Of a DNA stretch of 64,000 bases, positions 18,147 through 28,049 are shown piece after piece. Each line of letters begins with the position of its first letter. Positions within the stretch are counted from its first letter, which is position 1. A program made the translations under genes and the position numbers. The notes below the pieces were generated by a model that was not told the DNA's origin, did not search any database, and worked only from the letters and a program-made list of their open reading frames with translations. This DNA is from Cyclobacteriaceae bacterium. GTDB taxonomy: Bacteria > Bacteroidota > Bacteroidia > Cytophagales > Cyclobacteriaceae. The DNA lies in NCBI GenBank assembly GCA_039810905.1, contig JBDHXU010000004.1, positions 1,921 to 65,920 of the forward strand, read 5' to 3'.

Positions 18147-19028
18147 ATGATAAGCCGTGCTATGGTTTTGGCTTTGAGTGCAGTGGCCTGTATCGTCTCC
18201 TCAGGTAATGCTCAGAGTACGCTCAAAGATCAGGGTAATTATGTTGTGGTAATTGGTGCCTTCACCAGCAAACAGTATGCAGAAAGGCTGTCCAGGCAGG
18301 CTGCAACCAGATTCAAATTGAAGTCCAGTGTCGATCTGAACGCTGGCAAGAATCTGTACTATGTGTTTGTCATGCAAACCGATGAAAAGGAGGATGCGAT
18401 TATTGAGGCTGAGCGTATTAGGGAAATCTCTTCATATAAGGATGCCTGGGTCTTTACCAAGGTAGTACCTGAAGTAAAGAAAGAGGAGCCGGTGATCGAA
18501 GAGGTCAAGCAGCAGCCTGTTGTGGAAGAGGTGAAACCTGTTCCAGTAGTAGACCCTGCCAAAGAAAAAGAAGAAAAGATCAAGGCAGAGGTGGAGAAGA
18601 AAACGACAACCATGAAAAAGGGAGATGTTGAAACTCTTGACCACATCTATTTCTATAAAGACGCAGCGATCTTGCGGCCGGAGTCCAAATATGAAGTTGA
18701 TCGTCTCGTCAGGATAATGCAGGAGAACCCAAATCTAAAAATCAAGATTCATGGGCATACCAATGGAAATGATCCGGGAAAAATCATACGCCGCAAAGAC
18801 TCATCTTCCGATATGTTTACACTGGATAACACTGTGGAAGATTACGGATCGGCCAAAGATTTGTCCCAGCAGCGTGCCAATTGCATAAAGGATTACCTTG
18901 TAAGCAAGGGTATCGACACCAAGCGCATGACCATTAAAGCGTGGGGGGGTAAGAAGCCGCTATACAAGGTGGATGACCCCAAGGCCGAGGCGAATGTGCG
19001 CGTGGATGTGGAGGCAGTGAATCAATAG
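18147..19028 (+). CDS. SPOR-like plus OmpA-like domain periplasmic protein (paralog 1)
   Basis: Signal peptide; YVVVIGAF...DAWVF SPOR-like domain; E/K/P/V linker; IHGHTN...LSQQRA...WGG OmpA-like domain. Confidence 0.8.
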   Translation: MISRAMVLALSAVACIVSSGNAQSTLKDQGNYVVVIGAFTSKQYAERLSRQAATRFKLKSSVDLNAGKNLYYVFVMQTDEKEDAIIEAERIREISSYKDAWVFTKVVPEVKKEEPVIEEVKQQPVVEEVKPVPVVDPAKEKEEKIKAEVEKKTTTMKKGDVETLDHIYFYKDAAILRPESKYEVDRLVRIMQENPNLKIKIHGHTNGNDPGKIIRRKDSSSDMFTLDNTVEDYGSAKDLSQQRANCIKDYLVSKGIDTKRMTIKAWGGKKPLYKVDDPKAEANVRVDVEAVNQ

Positions 19029-19043
19029 ACCTGTCCTGTACTA

Positions 19044-20882
19044 TTACTGACGTTTGGCAACGTAGAAGTCACCAGTGAGGGAAGTTGATTCCCATGGAAT
19101 TTGCCCTTTGCTGGATTTCTCAGAGACTTTTGCTCTGACCCGTTGAAACACCTGCAAAATGGATAGATTGGGGTTTTGCATTTCTTCCAGCAAAGCCTCC
19201 GTATAAAGACCATTTTGTCCTGTGCCATCGGCGGCAGTATGTCCGGGGGCGGTGGCATACGCAATTAATGTTCCAGATGGTGCATTCATAAAAGCCAGAC
19301 CTCCACTGTCTGTAGAGCGACTCCATGATCTTTTGAAAGGGTTGTTTCGGCATGCATCCAGTATAATGACATTAACCTCTGTGCCCGCAATTTCCATGTA
19401 GCTGAGCACGCGATCGGCCTGTACGCAATCATATTCCACCTGGGCTTCATCTTGTATATCCGCGTCCACTGGTACAAGATAATTCGAGCCCTTAACTTGT
19501 ATGCCATGTCCTGCGTAATAGAAAAGCCCCACATTGAAACTTTCATCTTTCAGCCTGCGTCCAAACTGATCAATAGCCATTTTTAGGTCGCGGGTACTTA
19601 CATCTTCCTTCAATATAACGGTAAAGCCCTGCGACTCCAGCATGTGCGACATTGATCTGGCATCGTTGAGCGGGTTCTTCAGCACATTGGCTGATTTGTA
19701 GTTAGAGTTGCCAATGACCAAAGCGAGACGCTTCTGTTTGGTCTGACCCATTAACTCGATGGTTCTTTCTGAAGAGGTGGCCACCCCTGCCTTGTTCTCG
19801 GCTGTAATTTTCAACGAGTTGCTTCCTGGTGAAAGATTAATAGCTTTGGAAAGTACAACTTTGCACCCTGAAAGGGCTTCATCCTTAAAGGAAGTCTCTG
19901 TGAAGGCTACCTGTCCATTGAGAATCCCCCGGACACTTATGACATCTGTTTCCGACTTAATGCAAGCCTTAATATTCACTGTCGCATAAGGGACTTTGGA
20001 AGTAGCGGTAACAGGATCTTCCCAGTGTATTTCCGCAAGCAATGCTGAAACATCACTTGATGTTGCAAGCTGGCCATCCTTGAAGATACCAGCCTGAACT
20101 TTTCCATTTTCATCCGTGTAGGTGCCCTGGCCATTCATGTTACCCTGCACCCATGCTCCGACATACTTGCCGCGGTTTGCCCAATAATAGGTGCCTGTTC
20201 CTTCACGGAATCCATTCTTGAATTCGCCGGTATAAACTCCGCCGTCGTCATAACGGTAGATCCCGAACCCGTTCTCGCAATTACCGGAAATGCAGCCGGT
20301 TGAACTCACTGCCCCTGTCGATGAGGTGGCGCCTACATACTTGTGATCCATCCACATGCCCCGCTGAATCGTCCCTTCAGCGTTGTAGTAGGTACCTTCC
20401 CCGTGAAATTTCTTGTCCTTCCATTGTCCCTCATATTTCGCACCATCTGAAAAATAGCAGGTACCGTAACCGTTTGGTTCGGAATTACTGAATTGCCCCA
20501 CGTAGTATACACCACCGGCCCAGAGGTAATTGCCGCTGCCATTGTCACAATTGCCCTGAAGGCAACCCGTCTGCAGACTATTATACAGGACAAAATTATT
20601 GCGGTCGTCATAATAGCCTGGCTGAGCTTCGCCACCCTTGTAATACCAGGCCCCATGCCCGCTCACGGCATGGTCCCGGAATTCTCCGACGAACTTATCA
20701 CCACTTGCGTAGAAAATGATCCCGAACCCATTGCATTTTGAATCCTTGAATTCTCCGATATATTTCGAACCGTCGCTGTAAACGTAAGTTCCCTCGCCAT
20801 TGACACAGTCACCTTTCTGGCATTCCTGCGCATATAAGCCTGTTGCAGTGAGCAGGCCCATGGTGAAAATCAAAAATCGCAT
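19044..20882 (-). CDS. Secreted MORN-repeat protein with Ig-like domain and peptidase C14 (caspase-like) domain
   Basis: Signal peptide; YxGxF/W...GxG MORN repeats; ALVIGN, YYAGHG, ILDACR and QIPW motifs. Confidence 0.9.
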   Translation of the reverse strand: MRFLIFTMGLLTATGLYAQECQKGDCVNGEGTYVYSDGSKYIGEFKDSKCNGFGIIFYASGDKFVGEFRDHAVSGHGAWYYKGGEAQPGYYDDRNNFVLYNSLQTGCLQGNCDNGSGNYLWAGGVYYVGQFSNSEPNGYGTCYFSDGAKYEGQWKDKKFHGEGTYYNAEGTIQRGMWMDHKYVGATSSTGAVSSTGCISGNCENGFGIYRYDDGGVYTGEFKNGFREGTGTYYWANRGKYVGAWVQGNMNGQGTYTDENGKVQAGIFKDGQLATSSDVSALLAEIHWEDPVTATSKVPYATVNIKACIKSETDVISVRGILNGQVAFTETSFKDEALSGCKVVLSKAINLSPGSNSLKITAENKAGVATSSERTIELMGQTKQKRLALVIGNSNYKSANVLKNPLNDARSMSHMLESQGFTVILKEDVSTRDLKMAIDQFGRRLKDESFNVGLFYYAGHGIQVKGSNYLVPVDADIQDEAQVEYDCVQADRVLSYMEIAGTEVNVIILDACRNNPFKRSWSRSTDSGGLAFMNAPSGTLIAYATAPGHTAADGTGQNGLYTEALLEEMQNPNLSILQVFQRVRAKVSEKSSKGQIPWESTSLTGDFYVAKRQ

Positions 20883-21000
20883 ACTTCCTTTTCGGTATCT
20901 AAAATAAATGGATTCAAGATCAAATGAAACGACCCAGCTCGCTCATATTAAGATTTCGATTATTTGTTACCTTAGGGATTCATATAAGCTCTTGGAACAT

Positions 21001-22176
21001 ATGAAGGGTTTCATCCTGTCAGTGGTTGTAGGGGTATTCATTTTCGCCAGTCACCGGTCCATGGCACAAAGCGAGGCGGGATCCGGGGAAAGATACTATG
21101 TAACTATTGGCGTGTTTGGTGTCAAAAACAATGCCATTCGGCTGGCAGCCAAAGCCAACTATTTGGGGTTTCTGTCCAACTATGCTGTGAACCCGAAACG
21201 GAAACTCTACTATGTTTATGTTTTTGACAGTGAGGACAGGCGGAAAGCCTACGCCTTTCTGATCAAACTGAGGGTTGAGACCGAATTCAAGGATGCCTGG
21301 ATATTCACTGGTGCGCTGGGAGAGGAAGCTGTAACAGTAAAAACACCTCTTGGGGAGAAGAAGGAGCCTATTGAGGAGAAGAAGGTGGTGGTTATTGAAG
21401 AGGTAACCAAGAAGGAGGAAGCCAAACCGGATTCTTCCATGCTTGTGAAGCCCAAGGAGAAGAAAGTTGCCAAAGGGAAGTTCTTCAACTTCCAGTTTGT
21501 GAATAAGGATAACGGCAACCCGGTTCGTGGCGAGATTCATTTTCAGGAATCAAAAAGAGCTACTCAGTATCAGGCTTTCAAAGCCAATGAATTGATTGAC
21601 CTTCCATCGCCCAAGAATGCTGATGGTGTCTACATGATTACAACAGTTGCACCCGGCTATAAAGTCATTGAAACGCTAATCAACTTCAAGGATCCACTCC
21701 CGCAGTCATCCGGCACTGGCCCGGACGGCGAGATCATTATTCCGATTGCATTGGAGAGGGCGAAGAGGGGCGACTACATTGAATTTACCAATGTAGCCTT
21801 CTATCGCAATTCAGTGATTCTGCAACCTCAATCAAAGCTGGAACTGGATGGCCTGGTGGATCTAATGAAGGAGAATTTGAACTACAAGGTAAAGGTGCAC
21901 GGGCATTGCAATGGCAATGAAAGTCGGGATATCATCACATTGGGAACCAGCACAAAGTTCTTTGAAAGCGATGCCGGCAATGTCAAGAAATCAGGATCAG
22001 CTGTTGAATTGACTGAATTGCGAGCAGAGTCGGTGAGACGATATCTGGTTTCTCAGGGCATATCGGTCGAGCGCATCCTGACCAAAGGTGAGGGTGGCAA
22101 AATGATGATCTACCCTCAGACTAGCGTTTATGCCAACTATAACGACCGGGTAGAAATAGAGATTGTCAGGCACTAG
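21001..22176 (+). CDS. SPOR-like plus OmpA-like domain protein (paralog 2)
   Basis: Signal peptide from ATG 21001; YYVTIGVF...KDAWIF; VHGHCN...LTELRA...NDRVEIE. Confidence 0.8.
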   Translation: MKGFILSVVVGVFIFASHRSMAQSEAGSGERYYVTIGVFGVKNNAIRLAAKANYLGFLSNYAVNPKRKLYYVYVFDSEDRRKAYAFLIKLRVETEFKDAWIFTGALGEEAVTVKTPLGEKKEPIEEKKVVVIEEVTKKEEAKPDSSMLVKPKEKKVAKGKFFNFQFVNKDNGNPVRGEIHFQESKRATQYQAFKANELIDLPSPKNADGVYMITTVAPGYKVIETLINFKDPLPQSSGTGPDGEIIIPIALERAKRGDYIEFTNVAFYRNSVILQPQSKLELDGLVDLMKENLNYKVKVHGHCNGNESRDIITLGTSTKFFESDAGNVKKSGSAVELTELRAESVRRYLVSQGISVERILTKGEGGKMMIYPQTSVYANYNDRVEIEIVRH

Positions 22177-22315
22177 TCGGCAACGCCACGTTGTATCCCC
22201 TTGGGTGCAAAACTTTCGAGGTAGGTTTTCCTGAACCTTATGATTTATCTCTGGAGGAGATGGTGCAATCTGACGAGATTTGCTACCTTTCAATCGGTTT
22301 CACCCCTTATATCCA

Positions 22316-23569
22316 TTGAATACCTTTTCCAGAACAACCATCCTGGTGCTAATGTCTGCCATGTGCATACTTTCCCGTCATGCCTCAGCACAAGGCATTG
22401 CCAATGAAGGAGAGGAGTACTACGTGACCATTGGGGTATTCCGCCCAATGCATTACGCTGTATCCTATACGGCCTTTGCCAACGGCAAGGGCTTCAGTGC
22501 AAGCTATGGCATCAACGAACGAAGGAACCTGTACTATGTTTTTCTTTTCTCGACAACTGACAGGAAACGTGCCTGGGTTTTTCTGAATAAGCTGAGAATT
22601 GAATCTGAGTTCAAGGATGCATGGGTGTTTACCGGAAAATTGGGTGGAGAACAGGTTACACCCTCTGAAGAAAAGCCGGTCGTTTCCGCAAAAGAAGAAA
22701 GGAAGCCAGCCCAGGAGGAAAAGGCGGTTATAAAAGAAGAGAATCAGACCAGTACAGATATTGCACAGAAGGCGGTAGTTGCTGAGGAAGTCAAGCCGGT
22801 TGTGACCGATAATGCGCGAAAGGATTCAGCCGTTGCGGCCAAACCCGCCGTGAAGAAAGTGGCGAAAGGCAAGTTTTTTAATTTTGAGTTCCTTAGCAAG
22901 GAAAGCGGTAAACCTGTACGGGGTGAAATTCATTTTCTTACTTCCAAAAATGCAGCTCAATACCAGGCGTTCAAGGCCAACGAAGTGATTGACCTGCCTG
23001 CGCCAAGGAATTCCGACGGCGTGTACAAGGTGACGACGGTCGCACCCGGCTACAAAGTCTTTGAAACCTTAATCGACTATAAAGATCCTCAGCATGCCAC
23101 TCATGACACCGGACCAGATGGGGAAATCATTATTCGCATCGAATTGGAAAAGGCCAAACGCGGGGACTATATAGAATTTAATAATGTTACTTTTTATCGC
23201 AACTCAGCCATATTGCAACCTCAGTCTAAACCTGAAATGGAGGCGCTTGCAGAGCTGATGAAAGAAAATCCGGGCTATAAAGTAAGAATACATGGCCATA
23301 GCAATGGCAATGGCAACAGGGACATCATTATGCTGGGCAAAAGCACCAAGTATTTTGAAAGCGACCCGACCAATCAAAAGAAATCCGGATCGGCCTTGGA
23401 GCTGACACAGCACCGGGCTGAAACTGCAAAGCTGTATTTGATTTCACAAGGAATAAGCGAAGATCGAATTGAAACGAAAGGTGAAGGTGGCAAGATGATG
23501 GTCTATCCTCAGACAAGCGTGTACGCCAATTATAACGATCGCATTGAAGTTGAAGTAATCCGTCACTGA
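22316..23569 (+). CDS. SPOR-like plus OmpA-like domain protein (paralog 3; start uncertain, 22280-22352)
   Basis: Close tandem paralog of 21001..22176, sharing QYQAFKANE, TTVAPGYKV, GPDGEIII and YPQTSVYANYNDR. Confidence 0.8.
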   Translation: MNTFSRTTILVLMSAMCILSRHASAQGIANEGEEYYVTIGVFRPMHYAVSYTAFANGKGFSASYGINERRNLYYVFLFSTTDRKRAWVFLNKLRIESEFKDAWVFTGKLGGEQVTPSEEKPVVSAKEERKPAQEEKAVIKEENQTSTDIAQKAVVAEEVKPVVTDNARKDSAVAAKPAVKKVAKGKFFNFEFLSKESGKPVRGEIHFLTSKNAAQYQAFKANEVIDLPAPRNSDGVYKVTTVAPGYKVFETLIDYKDPQHATHDTGPDGEIIIRIELEKAKRGDYIEFNNVTFYRNSAILQPQSKPEMEALAELMKENPGYKVRIHGHSNGNGNRDIIMLGKSTKYFESDPTNQKKSGSALELTQHRAETAKLYLISQGISEDRIETKGEGGKMMVYPQTSVYANYNDRIEVEVIRH

Positions 23570-23577
23570 GTCCTCAC

Positions 23578-24948
23578 TCAAGCAGTCATTGCACGCAGGA
23601 TGTCGTGCTGGGTGATAATGTGCACTTTCTCCGCCTCGTCCCGAACCAGCAATGCTTTGTTGTTATTGTTCAACATGGATGAAAGTACATCCAGGGTGGT
23701 GTCCAGCGCCACAAATTGCATAGGCTTGTCCATGAGATCACCCACCTGGCGACCTGTGACCGCCGGGTCTTCAATGATTTTACCCAAAAGGCTTGATGCA
23801 GCAACGCTTCCGACAAATTCTTGATGCTCGACTACGGGCACCTGGTCTATCCCTTGCTGGTTCATGATGCGTATGGCCTCGCCAATGCTGGCGGCCTTGT
23901 TCACAGTGAATAGCCCATTCTTGCCTTGCTTGCGGTGAATAATATCGCGGGCAGAGGCAAAGTTCCGTTCTTCCAGGAAGCCGTGGTCCTTCATCCAGTT
24001 ATCATTGTAAACTTTGTTGAGGTAACGGGTTCCATGATCGGGAAGCAAAACGACCATCACATCGCCCGATTTCATAAACTCGCGTGCATACTCCAGTGCA
24101 CCGTGCATGGCCGAGCCGCTGCTCCATCCCACAAAAAGTCCCTCTTCACGTGAGAGCCTTCTGGCCATTATGGCGCCGTCCTTGTCCGTGACTTTGATGA
24201 ACCGGTCGATTACATCGAAGTTGACATTCTTGGGTAAGATATCTTCCCCAAAACCTTCAGTCAGATAGGGATAGATCTCATTCTTGTCAAAGATTCCTGT
24301 CTCCTTGTATTTCTTGAATACGGAGCCATAAGTATCAATTCCAACCGTAACCAGGTCTGGCCTTTGTTCTTTCAGGTATTTTGCTGTGCCGCACATGGAG
24401 CCTCCGGTTCCTACAGTAGCCACATAATGAGTGATCTTACCTTCCGATTGTTGCCAGATTTCGGGACCGGTCGTCTCGTAATGTGCCGCCGTATTGGAAA
24501 GATTATCGTATTGGTTCGGGTAATAAGAGTTTGGAATATCCTTGTTCAATTTTCGGGCAACCGAATAGTAGGATCTGGGATCCTCTGGTTCCACGTTGGT
24601 GGGGCAGACAATCACTTCGGCCCCCACTGCTTTGAGGATGTTGATCTTTTCCTGGGATTGTTTATCGGCCATAGTAAATATGCACTTGTAACCTTTGGCT
24701 ACAGCGGTGAGGGCCAGACCCATGCCGGTGTTCCCAGAGGTTCCTTCAATGATGGTGCCCCCTGGTTTGAGTACTCCGGCCTTTTCAGCGTCCTCGATCA
24801 TCTTTAGTGCCATTCGGTCCTTCGTGGAATTGCCGGGATTAAAATATTCCACTTTGACCAGAATTGTGCCAGGAAGTCCTTTCGAGACCTTGTTGAGCCG
24901 AACCAGCGGTGTATTACCGATGGTTTCGATAATGGAATTATAAATCAT
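23578..24948 (-). CDS. Cystathionine beta-synthase with C-terminal CBS domains
   Basis: IGNTPLV, NPGNSTKDR, TSGNTG and VGTGG motifs plus a C-terminal CBS pair. Confidence 0.9.
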   Translation of the reverse strand: MIYNSIIETIGNTPLVRLNKVSKGLPGTILVKVEYFNPGNSTKDRMALKMIEDAEKAGVLKPGGTIIEGTSGNTGMGLALTAVAKGYKCIFTMADKQSQEKINILKAVGAEVIVCPTNVEPEDPRSYYSVARKLNKDIPNSYYPNQYDNLSNTAAHYETTGPEIWQQSEGKITHYVATVGTGGSMCGTAKYLKEQRPDLVTVGIDTYGSVFKKYKETGIFDKNEIYPYLTEGFGEDILPKNVNFDVIDRFIKVTDKDGAIMARRLSREEGLFVGWSSGSAMHGALEYAREFMKSGDVMVVLLPDHGTRYLNKVYNDNWMKDHGFLEERNFASARDIIHRKQGKNGLFTVNKAASIGEAIRIMNQQGIDQVPVVEHQEFVGSVAASSLLGKIIEDPAVTGRQVGDLMDKPMQFVALDTTLDVLSSMLNNNNKALLVRDEAEKVHIITQHDILRAMTA

Positions 24949-25004
24949 AGGGCGCTCTGATTGATAGTGCGGTTACAAATTAACGAAAAAGGTCAGCCTG
25001 CGGT

Positions 25005-25931
25005 TCAGGAAGTTGCGCCGGCAAGGAGGTACATGACCGCCATTCTGACGGCTACTCCATTCTCTACCTGGTCAAGTATGATGGATTGCCTGGAGTCTGC
25101 CGCATCACTGGTTAGTTCAACCCCGCGATTGATCGGACCTGGGTGCATAAGTACAATATCCTTCTTCAGACTATCAAGCATGGCGCGGTTGATTCCGTAG
25201 TAGAGAGAATATTCCCTTAATGAAGGGAAGTATTTAATCTGTTGCCGTTCAAGTTGTATTCTTAAAACATTGGCCACGTCGCACCACTCAAGGGCCTTTT
25301 TCAAATCCAATTCCACTTTTACACCGAGGGAAGCGACATGACGGGGCAGCAGAGTGGGAGGGCCGCACACCATAACTTCAGCCCCTAGTTTGTTGAGTGC
25401 AAAAATGTTCGAAAGTGCTACGCGGGAATGGAGTATGTCACCGATGATAGCTACTTTGACCCCCTTCAGTTTCCCGAAGCGTTCCCTGATAGAGAAGGCA
25501 TCAAGCAAAGCCTGAGTAGGATGCTCATGGGTACCATCCCCGGCGTTGATAATGTTGGCCTTGATGTGCCTGGCCAGGAAATGCGGGGCACCGACACTGG
25601 CATGCCTCATGACGATCATGTCAACTTTCATCGCGAGGATGTTGTTGACGGTATCCAGCAGTGTTTCGCCTTTCTTGACTGAACTGGTGGAAGCTGAGAA
25701 ATTGACTACGTCTGCAGATAATCTCTTTTGTGCCAGCTCGAATGATAGTCTTGTTCGCGTGGAATTCTCAAAGAATACATTGGCGATTGTGACATCCCGG
25801 AGAGAGGGAACCTTCTTGATGGGACGATTAATCACTTCCTTGAAATTGTCAGCCGTTTCAAAAATGAGTTCAATGTCCTCGGGGGTTATGTTCTTGATGC
25901 CCAGCAGGTGTGGTTGACTCAGTTTTGACAT
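25005..25931 (-). CDS. pyrB: Aspartate carbamoyltransferase catalytic subunit
   Basis: [24 protein letters not shown] and MHPGP motifs. Confidence 0.97.
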   Translation of the reverse strand: MSKLSQPHLLGIKNITPEDIELIFETADNFKEVINRPIKKVPSLRDVTIANVFFENSTRTRLSFELAQKRLSADVVNFSASTSSVKKGETLLDTVNNILAMKVDMIVMRHASVGAPHFLARHIKANIINAGDGTHEHPTQALLDAFSIRERFGKLKGVKVAIIGDILHSRVALSNIFALNKLGAEVMVCGPPTLLPRHVASLGVKVELDLKKALEWCDVANVLRIQLERQQIKYFPSLREYSLYYGINRAMLDSLKKDIVLMHPGPINRGVELTSDAADSRQSIILDQVENGVAVRMAVMYLLAGATS

Positions 25932-25933
25932 GC

Positions 25934-26473
25934 TTAATCCTTATTTACAAGCCAGATTTTGTGATGTTTTTGTGAAGCATCCAGTTCGACAAGTACACGC
26001 TGACTATCCAGTGTATCGACGTATTTGCCTACATAGTCTGCCGAGATGGGCAATTCTCTTGTGTGGCGCCGGTCTATTAAAACCAGAAGCTCTACTTTTT
26101 CCGGTCGTCCGAAGGCGATCATTGCATCCAGGGCCGCACGGACGGTGCGACCCGTAAACAATACATCGTCGATGAGCACCACTCTTTTGTTCTCTATCAA
26201 GAATGGGACTTTTGTTTCACTTGCCCTGGCAGGGATTTCCCTTCTGCGAAAATCATCGCGGTGGAACGTTGCATCCAGGTACCCCAAGGGAATATCACGG
26301 TGCACGGTTTTGTCCAGCTTCTCCTTCATTCGCTCGGCTAGAAAGATACCTCGCGGCTGCAACCCCAGAAGTACTGTTTGCTCGAAATCCCCGTGATTTT
26401 CAACTAATTCCTGGCAAAGACGGTCAATGGTGATAGATAGGAGTTGGGAATCCAGTATGAGTTTTTTCTGCAT
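25934..26473 (-). CDS. pyrR: Bifunctional pyrimidine regulator / uracil phosphoribosyltransferase
   Basis: [22 protein letters not shown] and [11 protein letters not shown] motifs; upstream of pyrB. Confidence 0.94.
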   Translation of the reverse strand: MQKKLILDSQLLSITIDRLCQELVENHGDFEQTVLLGLQPRGIFLAERMKEKLDKTVHRDIPLGYLDATFHRDDFRRREIPARASETKVPFLIENKRVVLIDDVLFTGRTVRAALDAMIAFGRPEKVELLVLIDRRHTRELPISADYVGKYVDTLDSQRVLVELDASQKHHKIWLVNKD

Positions 26474-26484
26474 GCCAGTGTCTG

Positions 26485-26492
26485 CAAATATA
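26485..26492 (-). promoter_or_regulatory. Bacteroidota -7 promoter element (TATATTTG) for pyrR-pyrB
   Basis: Exact TAnnTTTG 11 nt upstream of the pyrR ATG. Confidence 0.55.
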
Positions 26493-26507
26493 CCACATTT
26501 GAACCAC

Positions 26508-28049
26508 CTAATGGTACGTAATTTTGTTGATGAAGTAGACTCGCCGGGATCTTCCGTTGTCGCCGACTACCTTTTGTACTCCGAATGCATAGAGATACTC
26601 TCCATACCAGGAAACGAGCTTTTCACTCTCTATGCTCTTGACATCGACCTTTTCTTCTGTAAAATTAGTCCTCATCTGGTCATTGCTCTTGCCTTCCAGG
26701 ACTTCACGGTCTCTGATAATCTTAGTACGGATGGCGTTTCTGAAAAGATACATGAGGATAATTCTGTCCTTCTCGGTCTTCACCGTAACGTACTGTTCCA
26801 GTTGCATGCTCCGTACGTCATTAACCTCAAAGCTGTTATCCCAGATCAAATTGCCATTCTTGGCCAATCCAATAACCGCGGCATGAGTGTACTGGTAGCC
26901 GTCAAAAATCACGTCGGTACGGGAAGGCAAATACATGCTGCCTGGGCCAAATGAATTTCCATAATAGCCGAAAGATCTTCCCGCAATACTGGCCTGATTG
27001 GGGTAGGTGTAGTGCGGGTAGAAGGCCTCGCCAGCCATAATGAGCTGATTTTGGTAGGGGATCAGATCATGAATGAGAAATCGATAATTGAATTTCAGTT
27101 TCTTGCCTCTTATCTTCCTGCGTTCGATCCGATCCTTGACTCTCTTCTGTTTTTTGGCCTTCATGTAATTGAAGAAGTTTTCAAGATCTGCAAAATTGTA
27201 ATACCTGATGGCGTAATCCCCGTTGTTGTTGACCGAAGCGACAAAAATACCCCGGGAATATTCAGTAAACCTGCCATATACCCCTGCTACAAGCTGACTG
27301 CCGTCAGTCAACTGAATGGAGCGTCCAAACAAGAGTTGCTTGTCTTCCTCCGGCTCGAGTACAATGGTGCGGGCCAATTCTCCATGGGAATCATAGTTTC
27401 GGATCCAGAGACCCTTTCTCTTCTGATAGTTTTTGGCACTTACGATAACGTCTACTGACCCGTCTTCATTGGTTTTGACCTGATTCAGTTCACCTGGAAG
27501 GTTAAAGAACCCAGGAAGAATCTTCGAAACTTGTTTTTGGAAACTGAAGTACAGTACAATAGGCCGGAGATTGAAGTAGCCGCCAATCATGGCGGCTTCA
27601 TTTGTCAGCACGAACTCTGAAGGTGAAAAGGGTATATAATTCTTGACTGTATAATATCCGTAGTTACCGTTATCAATGTGGACAGCAACGATTCTGAAGT
27701 CTCCGCCAATATAATTGCGGTCCTTCAGCAAAAGAAAGAAAAGGTTTTGCCTTGACTGTGTTTTCAGTATTACGGCATTCCTGTCAATCGATATGAACCC
27801 TTTCCACCGTTGACGAAGGCCCGTATCAAGTCTGATCAGTTCCAGCATATCCTGCTTTTGGGAAACGTTCCGTCGGTAGAGCATTATGCCGCCTTCTCCC
27901 AGGGGATGCGCTTTGAATTTCTCCTGGTCATCATCCTGAATCGGCAATTCAAACCTGCCGTTCTGAATGACCTGTGCGGATAACGGATAGGATGATGCTA
28001 TCAATACCCAAAGCAGGAGTCTAACGCCCAGGACTGATGCGGTTGACAT
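26508..28049 (-). CDS. Hypothetical exported protein (paralog of the upstream gene)
   Basis: Signal peptide from ATG 28049 (MSTASVLGVRLLLWVLIASSYPLSAQ); colinear with 28021..29589. Confidence 0.75.
   Translation of the reverse strand: MSTASVLGVRLLLWVLIASSYPLSAQVIQNGRFELPIQDDDQEKFKAHPLGEGGIMLYRRNVSQKQDMLELIRLDTGLRQRWKGFISIDRNAVILKTQSRQNLFFLLLKDRNYIGGDFRIVAVHIDNGNYGYYTVKNYIPFSPSEFVLTNEAAMIGGYFNLRPIVLYFSFQKQVSKILPGFFNLPGELNQVKTNEDGSVDVIVSAKNYQKRKGLWIRNYDSHGELARTIVLEPEEDKQLLFGRSIQLTDGSQLVAGVYGRFTEYSRGIFVASVNNNGDYAIRYYNFADLENFFNYMKAKKQKRVKDRIERRKIRGKKLKFNYRFLIHDLIPYQNQLIMAGEAFYPHYTYPNQASIAGRSFGYYGNSFGPGSMYLPSRTDVIFDGYQYTHAAVIGLAKNGNLIWDNSFEVNDVRSMQLEQYVTVKTEKDRIILMYLFRNAIRTKIIRDREVLEGKSNDQMRTNFTEEKVDVKSIESEKLVSWYGEYLYAFGVQKVVGDNGRSRRVYFINKITYH

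Noticed and set aside
19044-20882. Anti-phage caspase system (gasdermin- or CHAT-type)
   Set aside because: The protein has a signal peptide and no gasdermin, NLR/STAND, TIR or CRISPR partner is adjacent
21001-23569. Repeated DNA segments suggesting a mobile or repeat element
   Set aside because: Explained by tandem gene duplication; no inverted repeats or transposase
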